DNA from: Mobula hypostoma
Taxonomy: Eukaryota
Assembly: GCF_963921235.1 (NCBI RefSeq)
Contig: NC_086097.1
Coordinates: 32,242,001 to 32,306,000 of the forward strand
Reading direction: 5' to 3'
Length of the DNA: 64,000 nucleotides
Shown piece by piece: positions 1 through 12,669 of the stretch. The notes beneath the pieces were generated by a model. That model did no database searches. It saw only the letters and a program-made list of their open reading frames with translations, and was not told the DNA's origin. Both the position numbers and the translations under genes were made by a program. Position 1 is the stretch's first letter, and each line of letters opens with the position of its first letter.

Positions 1-350
1 GGAATAAAGTCCTAGCCTGTTCAATCCTAATAACTCATGGCCCACATCCTGGCAACAGCCTTGTCAATTTTCTCTGCACTCTTTCAGATTATGAAGACAC
101 GCAGTCCTCTTTTATTGTCATTTAGTAATGCATGCATTAAGAAATGATACAGTATTTCCTCCGGTGTGATATCACAAAACACAGGACAGACCAAGACTGA
201 AAAAACTATATCTTTCCTGTAGGTACATGACCAGAACTGCACACAATACTCCAAATAAGGCCTCACCAAGATCCTACACAACTTCAACACAGCATCCCAA
301 CTCCTGTACTCAGTGCTCTGACTGAGGAAGGCCAGCGTGGCAAAAGCTTC
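1..350 (-). mobile_element. CR1-type LINE RT fragment, interrupted at ~84-205 by the 3' tail of another LINE
   Basis: LVRPYLEYCVQFWS motif. Confidence 0.8.
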
Positions 351-935
351 CTAGAGATGCTGCCTGGCCTGCTGCGTTCACCAGCAACTTTTATGTGTGT
401 TGTTTGAAATTCCAGCATCTGCAGATTTCCTCGTGTTTGCGTTTTTAAATTCACTACAGCGAAGCCTCTTCCGGTGATACCTACACTGAAAGAGTTTAAA
501 TCTTCTCTTCGACGGAAGTTCGGTAAAACCATCTCTCACTGCTCCCCATCTGTAATTTCTTCGGCTCTTCAACTTTTCGACCACATTTTGACTCAGACTC
601 TCTTGGCTCCATCCCTCCCCCTCCTGTCTTCTCCTATCATTTCAGATCCCCCCCTCTCCCTCCAACTTTCAAATCTCATACTAGCTCTTCTTTCAGTTAG
701 TCTTGATGAAAGGTCTTGGCCCAAAACATCGACTGTACCCATTCCTAGAGATGCTGCCTGGCCTGCTGCATTCACCAGCAACTTTTATGTGTGTTGCTTT
801 ACGACCCTATCTACCTGTGACAAACAAGAGAAAGTCTGCAGATGCTGGAAATCGGAGCAACACACACAAAATGCTGGAGGAACTCAGCACTCAACAGGCC
901 AGGCAGCATCTATGGGGAAAAGTACGGTCGGCATT
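351..935 (+). mobile_element. Penelope-like element fragment: tandem pseudo-LTRs with ORF start, plus an inverted pLTR piece
   Basis: Direct repeat ctagagatgctgcctggcctgctg.ttcaccagcaacttttatgtgtgttg at ~351 and ~745; decayed hammerhead-like motif at 698-735. Confidence 0.65.
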
Positions 936-1224
936 CCATGCGGTGACGAGGGATCCCTGTGCTACATGCCCTACTATTCACCGCGCAAGTCTTACTTCTG
1001 CTAAATGTGTTCTGGCTGGCCCATCAAAGCTTGACCACAGCAATTGACTCTGAAATTCCCTCCAGGCTTTCCCCTGCACCGTCTGCCGAGTGTTTTCCAA
1101 TCGGCCACAGCCTGTCTCCCACGATCACGCTCCTGCACACACACTCGACAGTGGAAGCACCTACCATTTGCCATATCCAGGTCTCAGTTGTCTGAGACTG
1201 TGAAATGGAGTCACTTTCTATTTA

Positions 1225-1555
1225 GAAGAATCGCTTTATTTGTCACATGTACATCGAAATTCTGAAGCGTACAGTGAAATGTATCGCTTGAGTCAACAAC
1301 CAACTCAGTCCGTCCAAGAATCGTGCTGGCAAGTCCGCAAGTGTCACTATGCTTCCGATGCCAACATAGCATACTCACAACTTATTAACCCTAACCCATA
1401 CGTCCTTGGAATGTGGGAGGAAACCAGAGCACCCGGAGGAAACCCACGTGGTCACGGGGAGAACACACAAACTTCCTACGATCAGCGGCGGGAATCGAAC
1501 TCTGATCAGTGATCGCTGGTGCTGTAAAGTGATGCACTAATCACTTTACCGCCGT
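1225..1555 (-). mobile_element. tRNA-derived V-SINE-like element. Other copies: ~4465-4750(-), 9173-9500(+), 18580-18890(-), 23470-23790(-), 39090-39385(-), 48430-48725(-), 52995-53295(-), 56165-56482(+), 60890-61155(-), 62930-63100(-)
   Basis: A/B-box head, core gggtttcctccgggtgctccggtttcctcccaca, tail ...gtgacaaataaagctaatct shared by most copies. Confidence 0.85.
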
Positions 1556-1779
1556 ATATTTCTAAAACTTTCTACTGATTCAAAAGAGAAGCCAGGGAAG
1601 GGAACGACAGCCAGAGGGTGATTGATATGCACGAGGCATCTCCTGCACCTTCCCCTCCATTCAGCACACAGACCCTTCAGCAGTAACAGACTCCAGCCCC
1701 ACAGCCCACTTCACCTCGCCGACACAAAGCACAGCTGGGCTCTGCAAATGGAGTGAAGAAGAATTCATGTCTATACGAC

Positions 1780-2074
1780 ACAGATCCCCGGGCTTTGGTG
1801 AGGAGGGACAGCGTATTTCACAGATCACTTCACAATAGAACTCCCACCACAGCGCTGACAAACGATAAATAGCATCCCAAATTGTGGAGTACAATCTGAT
1901 GTGACACACACTCCAGGAATCGGTTATTGCACATACAAACTGTCTGAACCCCAGATTAGATCCCAGTTTGTAACCCTCTCCCAGGGTATTGTTATTGCAC
2001 ATATAATCCTCGTATCTGTCCCGGGATTAGATCCCAGTCTATAACACACTCCCCAAGGTATTGTTATTCATAGA
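1780..2074. repeat. Degenerate ~70-bp minisatellite (ggattagatcccag..gtaacccactc..gttatt); resumes at 3987-4170 after the Tc1
   Basis: Motif recurs at ~1955, 2026, 4009 and 4077. Confidence 0.65.
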
Positions 2075-3984
2075 CAATGTCGAGAAAAAGTATTCACTCC
2101 CCTTGAAATTTTTGATGTTTTAATGAATCACAGTGGATTTAATTTGGCTTTTTTGGTCAACAGAAAAAGACACTTTTGTGTCAAAGTGACAACAGATCTC
2201 TATAAAGTGATCTAAATTAATTACAAATATAAAACATTAAATAATTGATTGCATGAGTCTTCACCCCCCCCCCCCTTTAATAGTTAAAGTCTCTCACGAG
2301 CCTCGTGGCCCATCAGGCCGGTGCTTATGCCGGTTTCCATGGCATGAAGCGACTGAGAGTACAAGACTTCCCCCTCCCCGGATAGGACACCAGTCTATCG
2401 CGAGGTTAACCCCCGGCATTTTTGTCGGTACCCATTCTCAGCTGGGTAGACGGAAGCATTGTGTGGTTAAGTGCCTTGCTCAAGGACGCACACGCTGCCT
2501 CGGCCGAGGCTTGAACCCATGACCTTCAGATCGCTAGTCCAATGCCTTATTCACTCGGCCATGCACCACACTCCCCCCCCCCTTTAATATGACGCACCAA
2601 ATAATTACTGGTGCAGCCAATTGGTTTTAGAAGTGACATAATTAGTTAAATGGAGATCACCTGTGTGCAGTCAAGGTGTTTCAACTGATTGTAGTAAAAA
2701 TATGCCTGTATCTGGAAGGTCCAACTGATGTGAGTCAGAATCATGGCAAAAAATGACACCATGAAGACAAAAGAACAAGCAACAATGCAAAATAGTTATT
2801 GAAAAGCACAAGACAGGAGATGGATACAAGAAAAATTCCAAGTCACTGAGTATCCCTTGGAGTATAGTAAAGTCAATCAATAGGAAATGGAAAGAATATG
2901 GCACAGCTGTAAGTCTTCCTAGAGCAGGCCGTCCTCACAAACTGAGTGACTGTGCAAGAAGGGACTAGTGAGTGAGGCCACCAAGAGACCTACGACAGCT
3001 CCGCAGGAGTTACAAGCTTCAGTGGCTGAGATGGGAGAGGCTGTGCACACAACAACTGTTGCCTGGGTGCTTCACCAGTCACAGCTTTGTGGGGGAGCAG
3101 GAAAGAGAAACCCACTATTGAAAAAAACTCACATGAAGTCTTGGCTAAAGTGTGCCAGAAGGCATGTGGGAGACTCTGAAGTCAGCTGGAAAAAGGTTCA
3201 ATGGTCTAATGGAACAAAAATTGAGCATTTTGGATATCAGACTAAATCCTATTTTTGGTATAAACCAAACACCACACATCATCAAAAACATATCATCCCT
3301 ACTGTGAAGCATGGTGGTGGCTGCATCATGTTGTGAGGATGCTTCACTGCAGCAGGCCCTGGAAGGCTTGTGAAGGTAGAGGGTAAAATGAATTCAGCTA
3401 AATTCAGGAAACCCTGGAGGAAAACCTGATGCAATCTGCAGGAGAACTGTGACTTGGAAGAAGATTTGTTTTCCAGCAAGACAATGACCTCAAGCCAAAG
3501 CTGCATAGGAATGACTTAAAAACAAGAGTTAATGTCCTGGAGTGGCCAAGTCAGAGTTCAGACATCAATCCAATTGAGAATTTGTGGCTGGACTTGAAAA
3601 GGGCTGTTCACTCATGATCCCCATGCAATCTGACAGAGCTTGAGCAATTTTGTAAAGAAGAATGGGGAAATATTGCAGTGTCCAGATGTGCAAAGCCGAT
3701 AGAGACCTATCCACACAATCTCAAGGCTGTAATTGCTGCCAAAGCTGCATCTCCTAAATACTGACTTGAAGTCGGTGAATATTTATGCAATCAACTATTT
3801 TGTGTTTTATATCTGTAATTAATTTAGCTTGCACTGTAGAGGTCTGATTTCACTTTGATACGGAAGAGTCTTTTTCTGTTGATCAGTGTCAAAAAAGCCA
3901 AATAAAATCCATTGTGATTCAATGTTGTTAAACAATAAAACATGAAAACTTCCGGGGGGGGGTGAATATTTTTTAAAACCACTG
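2075..3984 (+). mobile_element. Tc1/mariner DNA transposon with long TIRs and a disrupted transposase (~2755-3768)
   Basis: TIRs aaaaagtattcac.ccc / ggggtgaatatttttt; PTVKHGGG, FQQDND and W.SQS.D.NPIENLW remnants with stops and frameshifts; TA at the right end. Confidence 0.92.
2283..2571 (-). mobile_element. tRNA-derived CORE-like SINE nested in the Tc1
   Basis: Flanking duplication ccccccccctttaata; gtccttgagcaaggcacttaacc core; B-box-like ggttcaag. Confidence 0.75.
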
Positions 3985-4191
3985 TATAACCCTCCAAACT
4001 GCCTCAGGATTGGATCCCACCTGCAATCCACTCTCGGGGATCTGTAACTCTATATATTAAATCCCCGAACCTCTGGATGAGATCCAGGCCTGTAACCCAC
4101 TCTCAGCGTAGTGTTGTTACACACATCACCCTCCAATCTGCCCCTGGATCAGATCCAGCCAACCACACTGTACCCCTGCATGCCCCTCTAC

Positions 4192-4360
4192 CTCCTCTCC
4201 AGCCTCGGGTTCTCCACTGGACTCCGAGCCTCCGGCGTCAGGCAGAAACGTCGAGTGCTGCAGCCAGTCACTGACCCCGGTGGTCTCCCATGGGGCTCTC
4301 TTGCCCTCCCGTGACTCCTCCGCGGTGCAGGTGTGGCTCTCCCCGATCCTCCGCGCCGAG
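4192..4360 (-). CDS. Candidate exon SARRIGESHTC...GVSDWLQHSTFLPDAGG...AGEE (alternative acceptor at 4452)
   Basis: tttccacag| in phase 2; GAG|gtagag; CpG-rich non-repeat island. Confidence 0.45.
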
Positions 4361-5932
4361 CTGTGGAAACAGGCCTGTTGGCTGAAGGGCTGAGACCCCA
4401 GTGTCGGGCTGACTCGCGAAGTGGGACGGTCGGAGGAGGGAGTGGGTCGAGCCTGTTAAAAGTGAGCTTTATCTATCGCTGGTACATCGAAACATACAGC
4501 GAAACATGTCGTCTGCGCCAGCGGCCACCTGTCTGAGGATGTGCAGGTGTTGCCACGCTCCCAGTGCAAACATAACATGCCCACAACTCACCAACCTTAA
4601 CCGTACGTCTTTGGAATGTGCGGCAAGTCCAGAGCACCCGTACAGTCACAGAGAGAACGTACAAAGTCCTTACAGGTAGCAGCAGGAATTGAACCCTGAT
4701 TCCTGTCACCCTGAAGCACCGTGCTAACCACTACACTACCGAGCCTGCCATGGGGAGAGGAGAGCTGATCTGAATCTGATGAAGAGTGTCGGTTCGCACT
4801 AAGAGCTGGCACACTGTCTGCCACAGTAATCCCTTTCCAATTAGACTGGAAGTAAACAAGCCCTCACAGGGTCAGACGTGGGCTGATTACAACACGAAAC
4901 CGTGTGTGGCTGCTTGTATTAGGAGTTAGCTTATGACTGTTACGGGAACTGAGTCACAGCGAAAAGCTTTTGTTTGCCTGCCACCCAGACAGATCATTGC
5001 ACACACGAGTCGTTGTGGTAAACAAGCAAACATAACAGTGCAGAATAAGGTGTTACAACTTACAGACATGTGGTGCAGAAAGTCTAAGAGATGCAGAGCC
5101 AGAACAATGTAGACTGGGAGACCAAGAATTCATCTTCTCGTACAATAGTCTGGTGACGGTGGACTAGAAACCACCCTTGAACCAGGTGTACACACTTTCC
5201 GGCTTTTGCTATCTTCTGCCCGATGGGAGGCAGGAGAAGAACGTTCCGGGTGGGTGGGGTCTTTGATTATGCTGTCTGCCTACTGAGGCAGTGGGGACTG
5301 TCGGCAGAGTCTGTGGAGGGGAGGCTGGTTCCTGTGATGTGCTGAGCTGTGTCCACAACCCCCTGCAGTTTCTTGCAGTCACACGCAGAGCGGTTGCTGC
5401 AAACCAACAGGATAGGATGGCCTCTGTGGTGCAGCCATTAAAAACTGGTGAGGGTCAGGGGGGTCACGCCAATTGCGGAAGCAGAGGCTCCGACGGGCTA
5501 TCTCAGCTGTTGGGCCTGCGTAAGCAGGGGTCAGGGACGGGAGAGGATACTGAGCATAAGGCCCACACCTTTACTGTCCACAACAGGCTATCGTCCGCCC
5601 GCTGACAAAAATAACCACAGACTGGTATACTAATGGGGCATCACACCAGTACCCAGACTAACTACAGTGTCAATACAACCACAGACAGATACAGCAGAGG
5701 GGTGAAGGCCATTTGGCCCATCGAGTCCATGCTGACCATCAGCCACCTATTTTATTCTCCCCGCACTGTTATCACCCCCCCTCCAGATTCTACCTTCACC
5801 CACACACTGCAGGCATTTCCAGTGCCACCTATTCCGCACGTGAAGGGGGGGGAGCTGGAGTAGCCAGGGGCTATGGGGTGTCTGCTTTACTGTACTTACA
5901 GTTCTGAAACACTAGAGCTCCCCAGCACTCAC

Positions 5933-6132
5933 CTCTCCGTGGTCCCCTGCTCGGCCCTCAGCCTGTCCACCAGATAGCCAGTGTCGGGTATCTCGTTCCA
6001 ATAACCTTCGTCCTGGAGCGGCTGGGCCCGTGCCCCTGCCATTGGGACTGGGTCGTCAGCCGGTCTCTCTCCCTGCTCACACTGCTGAGGAAGGGGACAG
6101 TCACTGCTCGATCCCTGTTCCATGGGCAGGAT
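5933..6132 (-). CDS. Candidate exon ILPMEQGSSSDCPLPQQ...LVDRLRAEQGTTE(S/R)
   Basis: gtcttgcag| and AG|gtgagt; open in phase 0-2. Confidence 0.6.
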
Positions 6133-6529
6133 CTGCAAGACAGCGGAGAGAAGGCAGGTGGTGAACACTCGTCCTCACTACCCTCCCCACCATCCCTCTC
6201 CCTGCTCACAGCACAAACACCACCGAGGCGGCCCTGTTCCCCAGTCAAACAGCAGTCTCACAGAAATACCAGCAAGCTCGTCCTATCTGTCCATGTTTGG
6301 CCCCAACCTCTCTGAACTCTCCTATCCATGTACTTCTCTAGGTGGTTTGTAAATGTGGCTAATGTGCTCACCTCAACCACTATTCCTGACAGCACATTCC
6401 TAACACACCCCACCCTTTGTGTGAAGGAGCTGCCCTGACATCCCTTTTAAATCTTTCATCTCTGACCTTAAATCTTGCCTCCCTGGAAAAGGCTCTGTGC
6501 TTTCACCCTGTCTATGCCTCCTAACAATC

Positions 6530-6990
6530 TTATAAACCTCTGTCAGGTTACCCTCACTCTATAAACCCGTGTCAGGCTACCCTCACTCTATAAACCTCCG
6601 TCAGGTTGCCCTCACTCTATAAACCTGTGTCAGGTTACCCTCACTCTATAAACCTGTGTCAGGCTACCCTCACTCTATAAACCTGTGTCAGGTTACCCCT
6701 CACTATAAACCTGTGTCAGGCTACCCTCACTCTATAAACCTCCGTCAGGTTACCCTCACTCTATAAACCTGTGTCAGGTTACCCCTCACTCTATAAACCT
6801 GTGTCAGGTTACCCCTCACTATAAACCTGTGTCAGGTTACCCCTCACTATAAACCGTGTCAGGTTACCCCTCACTATAAATCCATGTCAGGTTACCCCTC
6901 AGTCTATAAACAGTGTCAGGTTACCCCTCACTATAAACCTGTGTCAGGTTACCCTCACTCTATAAACCTCTGTCAGGCTACCCCTCACTG
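6530..6990. repeat. 27-29-bp minisatellite (ctataaacctgtgtcaggttaccctcact), ~16 units, inside a CR1 fragment
   Basis: Tandem units read directly. Confidence 0.95.
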
Positions 6991-7064
6991 TCCTACGTTC
7001 CAGCAGATAAAGTCCCAGTTTACGCAACCTCCCTTTGTAACTCAGGCCCCCAAGTCCAGGCAAC

Positions 7065-8960
7065 ATCACAGAGTCACAGAAAAGTACAGCACAGAAACAG
7101 GCCCTTCAGCCCATCTAGTCCATGCCAAAACCACTTAAACTGCCTACTCCCATCGACTTGCACCGGGACCATACCCCTCCATACCCCTGCTATCCATGTG
7201 CCTATCCAGACTTCTCTTAAACGTTGAAACTGAGCTCACATGCACCATTTGTGCTGGCAGCTCATTCCACACTCTCACCACCCTCTGAGTGAAGAAACTT
7301 TCCCTCATGCTCCCCTTAAACTTGTCACTTTTCACCCTTAACCCATGACTTCTGGTTGTAGTCCCACCAGGCCTCAGTGGAAAAAGCCTGTTTGCATTTA
7401 CCCTACCTATACCCCTCAATTTCGTATACCTCTATCAAATCTCCCCTCAATCTTCTACATTCTAAGGAATACAGTCCTAACCTATTCAATCTTTCCTTAC
7501 AACTCGGGTCCTCCAGACCTGGCAACATCCTGATAAAACTTTTCTATGCTCTTTCCAGTTTAATTGTAACACTTAAGAAATTTGATAGATACATGGATGG
7601 GAGTGGTTTGGAGGGATATTGTCAGGATGCAGATAGACGGGACTGAGCAGAAAATTGGAGTCTAGCATGGCCTAGGTAGGTTGAATGGCTTGTTTCTGTG
7701 CTGTAGTGCTCAAAGACTCTACAGCATCTTTCTTGTAACAGGGTGACCAAAACTGTCCACAATACTCCAAGTACAGCCTTACCAGTGTGTTATATAACTG
7801 CGAGATAACATCCCAACTCCTATATTGAGTGCCCTGCTCGATGAAAACCCAGCTCCCAAATGCCTTCTTCACCAGCCTGTCTACCAGTGATGCTGCTTTC
7901 AGTGAACTATACACTTGCACCCCTGGGTTCCTCTGATCCATAATGCTCTCCAGGGCCCGATCATTCACTGTACAAGTCTAACCCTAGTTTGATCTCCCAA
8001 ATGCAATACCTCACGTTTATCTGGATTGAAAGCCATTTTGCCAGTCCACAGCCCATGTACCCAGCTCATCAAAATCGTCTTCTGACTTCTCCTCCTCTTT
8101 TAAAATGCTCTTAAGACCAGAAGGTCTCCGGAATAAGCTGCCAGAGGAAGTGCTAGAGGTGGCTATAGCAGTTACAATATTTCAGGTACATGGATCTCAA
8201 AGTTGGATACTGCATGCATACTGCAGACAATAAATGTACCTTGACCCTTGGATGGGAAAGGTTTAGAGGGATATGGGCCAAATACAGGCAAAAGGGACAG
8301 GCTCAAGTACAAACAATTCGGGCTGAACGGTCTGTTTTTATGTTGAATCACTCTACGACCTATTTCCATTGTCCAACCATTCACTTTATGTCCTATCCTG
8401 GTTTGATCTCTCAAAAGGCAATACCCTATACGTATCGACTTTGCCAATTTGCCAGTCCTCACCCGCATACAGGGCTGATCTAGATCCTGCTGTAAATTTT
8501 CATCATCTAAAACCCCACATTGTTAGTATTATCTGCACCTTACCCACCATTCACATCCGAATCGTTGATATAAATTATAAACAACAGAGGACACAGCCCC
8601 GAACCCTTTGACACAACGAAAACTCCCATGTGAGTAACAGCCCTTGACCATCACCCTCGGCCTCCTGGCAATAAGCCAATTGTTAATCCAATCCCTCTCT
8701 GTCCCTGGATCCCAAGCAATCTGTCCCTCCTGACCAGCTGCCACAAGACACCTCAAAGGCCTTGCTAAGGTTCATATAAGCAACATCCGCTGTTCTACCC
8801 TCATCTACGTTCTTACAGACAGGGGTGAGAACTGAACCCCTGAAGGGTGATCGCTGGCACTGCAAGGAGTGCCCAAGTACATGGTTCACTGTAAGTGGTG
8901 CCACAGGTACACGGGGTGGCCTGGCACACTGGCCTCATCAGTCAGCGTATCAGCGTACTG
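7065..8960 (-). mobile_element. Cluster of nested CR1 fragments, mostly on the minus strand
   Basis: FFTQRVVRVWNELP, LEYCGQFWSP and YMNLSKAF remnants. Confidence 0.8.
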
Positions 8961-9561
8961 ATCAAGTGAGTCTCGCCCCTCACACACTCACCGCGTGATC
9001 CCACGCCTTCGACCCACTCTTGGTCGAAGTATCTGTGTGTTCGACGTGGTGGTGAACCCAAGGATGTTAATGATGAGACTCAGGGGGAAACGACTCTCCT
9101 CAGGTGTCCTGGAACACGGGCTCTGAGTGTGAGCCAACCACGGTTCTGTGTAGGTTCAACACAATCTCTCTGGGGCGTCACGGTAGCCTAGCGGGTAGCT
9201 CAAAACTTTACAGTGCCCGCAAATTAGGGTTCAATTCACACTGTTGTCTGTGAGGAGTCTGTACGTTCTCCCCATGACCGCATGGATTTCCTCCAGGGGC
9301 TCTGGTTTCCTCCCCCGTTCCGAGGACGTCCCGATTATGGTTAGTAAGTTGTAAGCAAGTTATGTTAGCACTGGAAGCATGGTAATATTAGTGGGCTTCC
9401 CCCAGCACATCCCTGGGCTGTGTTGGTCGTTAACATAAACAACACATTTCACTCTACGTTTTGATTTTTTGCTGTACGTGTGCCAAATAAAGCTAATCTT
9501 TAATCCACTTTCCAGTCTGGTTGAGGAGGAGGGGATCTAGGGCAGAGGCAGTGAAGGTTAC

Positions 9562-9687
9562 CTGGGGCAGCTCCTCTGCTGTTGGTGTCACATCGTCATC
9601 GCTCCACATCGCCTCCTCCTGCTCGTCCTGGGCTTCTGCGGAACACTGCTGACCTCCTCCCCCGAGATCCAGGCCGAACTGCCTAAC
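9562..9687 (-). CDS. Candidate exon VRQFGLDLGGGGQQCSAEAQDEQEEAMWSDDDVTPTAEELPQ (alternative acceptor at 9725)
   Basis: CAG|gtaacc donor; phase-0 acceptor cgttcacag|; non-repeat GC-rich island; no recognised homology. Confidence 0.5.
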
Positions 9688-10989
9688 CTGTGAACGGAGG
9701 GTATGCCTGAGTCTCTGCTGGAGACCTGCAGAAGGAATCGTGGCTGTCTGCCGACACCCTCCCCAGAGTGTCTTCCCCCACCATTTCCACACCTTCAGTG
9801 CTCACCACCCCTCACACTTCCCAACCTTCCCCCTCATCACCCCTTCTATCCTGATCCTCACCCACACCCTCAACACTCCCCAACTCACCTCACCTCCCCA
9901 CCACACCCCACACACCTTCTGTATACTCTCACCCCAGTCCCCACTCCTCATCTTCCGACAAACCATTCCTTCTTTGTCACCCCAACCCCTCCCAACAAGC
10001 CCACCTCCACACACATTCCAAGCCCTCTTTCCCACCAACACCATCCTGTTTCACCTGCCTCTCCCATCCCATCACCTCCAAGAGGACCACAACCTTGTCG
10101 TGTTTTGGAGGCTTGCGTGCCTCAATGACCCAGAGAGTTACGTTGGCTGGAGTCAGGGCTCCATCCTCTGGCTCTTGGTGGAATCACCCATGCCAACAGG
10201 TCAAAGGCCAGACTGAGTGGGCCACCGACCCTCCTGGTCCAGGGGTTCAGCTCAGGGTTAACAACCCCAACTCCTACAGAAACAGCAATGAAGAATCCTT
10301 CCACATCTGAGTGCGACGATATTCCTGAGTCTCCACCCAGGACTTGCATGACTGACTGTAGTGAAATTCGAGGGGAAGCTACTGGCATGATGAAGGAAGC
10401 CCTGGACATTGCTGGACAGACAGAGATGGAGGACCTACTGTCCTAAATGCCAGCCATGTAACAGACAGGAAGTTAGTTAAGTCCCATCCCATCAACATCA
10501 GTACCCCACCCACATCTCAGACCGCCCCCCCCCCCCACTTCTTCCCCCTAAGATTTCCAGCACGTGGAGAAACTCACGTTTACACTTAGTACATTAACTG
10601 GTCTAATCATGACCACAAAAAACTGCAGAGTTGTGGACACAGCTCGGCACATTCACGGAAACTAGCCGTCATTCTGTGGGCTCTATTGACACTCCCACTG
10701 CTTCAGTAAAGCAACCACCATAATCAGACCCCACCCACCCTGAATATTCTCTCCGCTACCCCCTCCCACCCTGGATATTCTCATAATCAAAGACCCCACC
10801 CACACTGGATATTCTCTCCGCTACCCCCTCCCACCGGGCAGAAGATGCAAAAGCCCAAACGCACAAACAATTAGGCTCCGCTGTTATAGGACTATTATAT
10901 TGTTCCTCAGTATGAACCTCGATCTTACAATCTACCTCGTTACTGCCTTGCACCTCATTTTCTGCATGTGCTGGATTTTCTCTATAATG

Positions 10990-12668
10990 CTTCGAAAGGG
11001 AGAACACAACTACAGCTGTGAAGATCCCTGCTGCACCTGATGAACCTGTGATCTCCGTCTCAGAGGCCGATGTTAGACTGTCTTTAAAGAGAGTGAATCC
11101 TCGCAAGGCAGAAGGTCCCGATGGAGTAGATGGTAAGGCTCTGAAAACCTGTGCCAACCAACCAGTGGGAGTATTCAAGGACATTTTCAACCTCTCACTG
11201 CTATGGGTGGAAGTTCCCACTTGCTTCAAAAAGGCAACAATTATCAATTATACCAGTGCCTAAGAAGAATAATGTGAACTGCCTTAATGACTATCGCCCG
11301 GTAGCACTCACATCAACAGTGATGAAATGCATTGAGAGGTTGGTCATGACTAGACTGAACTCCTGTCTCAAGAGGGACCTGGACCCATTGCAATTTGCCT
11401 ATCGCCACAATAGGTCAATAGCAGATGCAATCTCCATGGCTCTCCACACAGCTTTAGACCACCTGGACAACACAAACACCTACATCAGAATGCTGTTCAT
11501 CATCTAGCTCAGCATTTAATACTATCATTCCCACAATCCTGATTGAGAAGTTGCAGAATCTGGGCCTCTGTACCTCCCTCTGCAATTGGATCCTCAACTT
11601 CCTAACAGGAAGACCACAATCTGTGCGCATTGGCGATAACATATCCTCCTCGCTGACGATCAACACTGGCGCACCTCAGGGGCACGTGCTTAGCCCACTG
11701 CTCTACTCCCTATATACACATGACTGTGTGGCTAGGCATAGCTCAAATACCATCTACAAATTTGCTGATGATATAACCGTTGTTGGTAGAATCTCAGGTG
11801 GTGATGAGGGGGCGTACAGGAGTGAGATACGCCAACTAGTGGAATGGTGCCCCAGCAACAACCTGGCACTCAACGTCAGTAAGATGAAAGAGCTGATTGT
11901 GGACTTCAGGAAGGGTAAGACGAAGGAACACATACCAATCCTCATAGAGGGATCAGAAGTGGAAAGAGTGAGCAGCTTCAAGATCCTGAGTGTCAAGATC
12001 TCTGAGGATCTAACCTGGTCACAATATATCAATGTAGTTATAAAGAAGGCAAGACAGTGGCTATACTTTATTAGAAGTTTGAAGAGACTTGGCACGTCAA
12101 CAAATACACTCAAAAACTTCTGTAGTTGCACCATGGAGAGCATTCTGACAGTCTGCATCACTGTCTGGTATGGAGGGGCTACTGCACAGGACCAAAAGAA
12201 GCTGCAGAAGGTTGTAAATCTAATCAGCTCCACCTTGGGTACTAGCCTACAAACTAACCAGGACATCTTCAGGGAGCGGTGTCTCAGAAAGGCAGCGTCC
12301 ATTATTAAGGACCTCCAGCATGCAGGACATGCACTTTTCTCACTGTTACCATCAGGTAAGAGATACAGAAGCATGAAGGCACACACTCAGCGATTCAGGA
12401 ACAGCTTCTTCCCCTCTGCCATCCGATTCCTAAATGGACATTGAAACTTTGGACACTACCTCACTTTTTAAAAAAATATACAGTATTTCTGTTTTTGCAC
12501 GTTTTTAATCTATTCAATATAAGTAATTGATTTACTTGTTTATTTATTATTTTAATTTTATATTTTTTTCTTTCTGCAAGATTATGTATTGCATCGAACT
12601 GCTGCTGCTGCTAGGTTAACAAATTTCACGTCACATGCCGGTGATAATAAACCTGATTCTGATTCTGA
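10990..12668 (+). mobile_element. Rex1/Babar-type LINE, 5'-truncated, RT frameshifted
   Basis: [26 protein letters not shown] and KFADD motifs; (gattct)n tail. Confidence 0.93.
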
Positions 12669-12669
12669 A

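Noticed and set aside
996..1741. Further coding exons at 996-1132 and ~1660-1741
   Set aside because: Splice-like signals exist, but no acceptor/donor pair gives a convincing stop-free, phase-compatible frame; not called.
2755..3768. Active or domesticated Tc1 transposase
   Set aside because: Multiple stops and frameshifts, and a SINE is inserted in the element.
9173..9250. tRNA gene
   Set aside because: It is the tRNA-derived head of a SINE, continuous with the core and tail; no intact cloverleaf.
11754..12386. 210-aa minus-strand ORF
   Set aside because: Antisense shadow of the Rex1-type RT frame.
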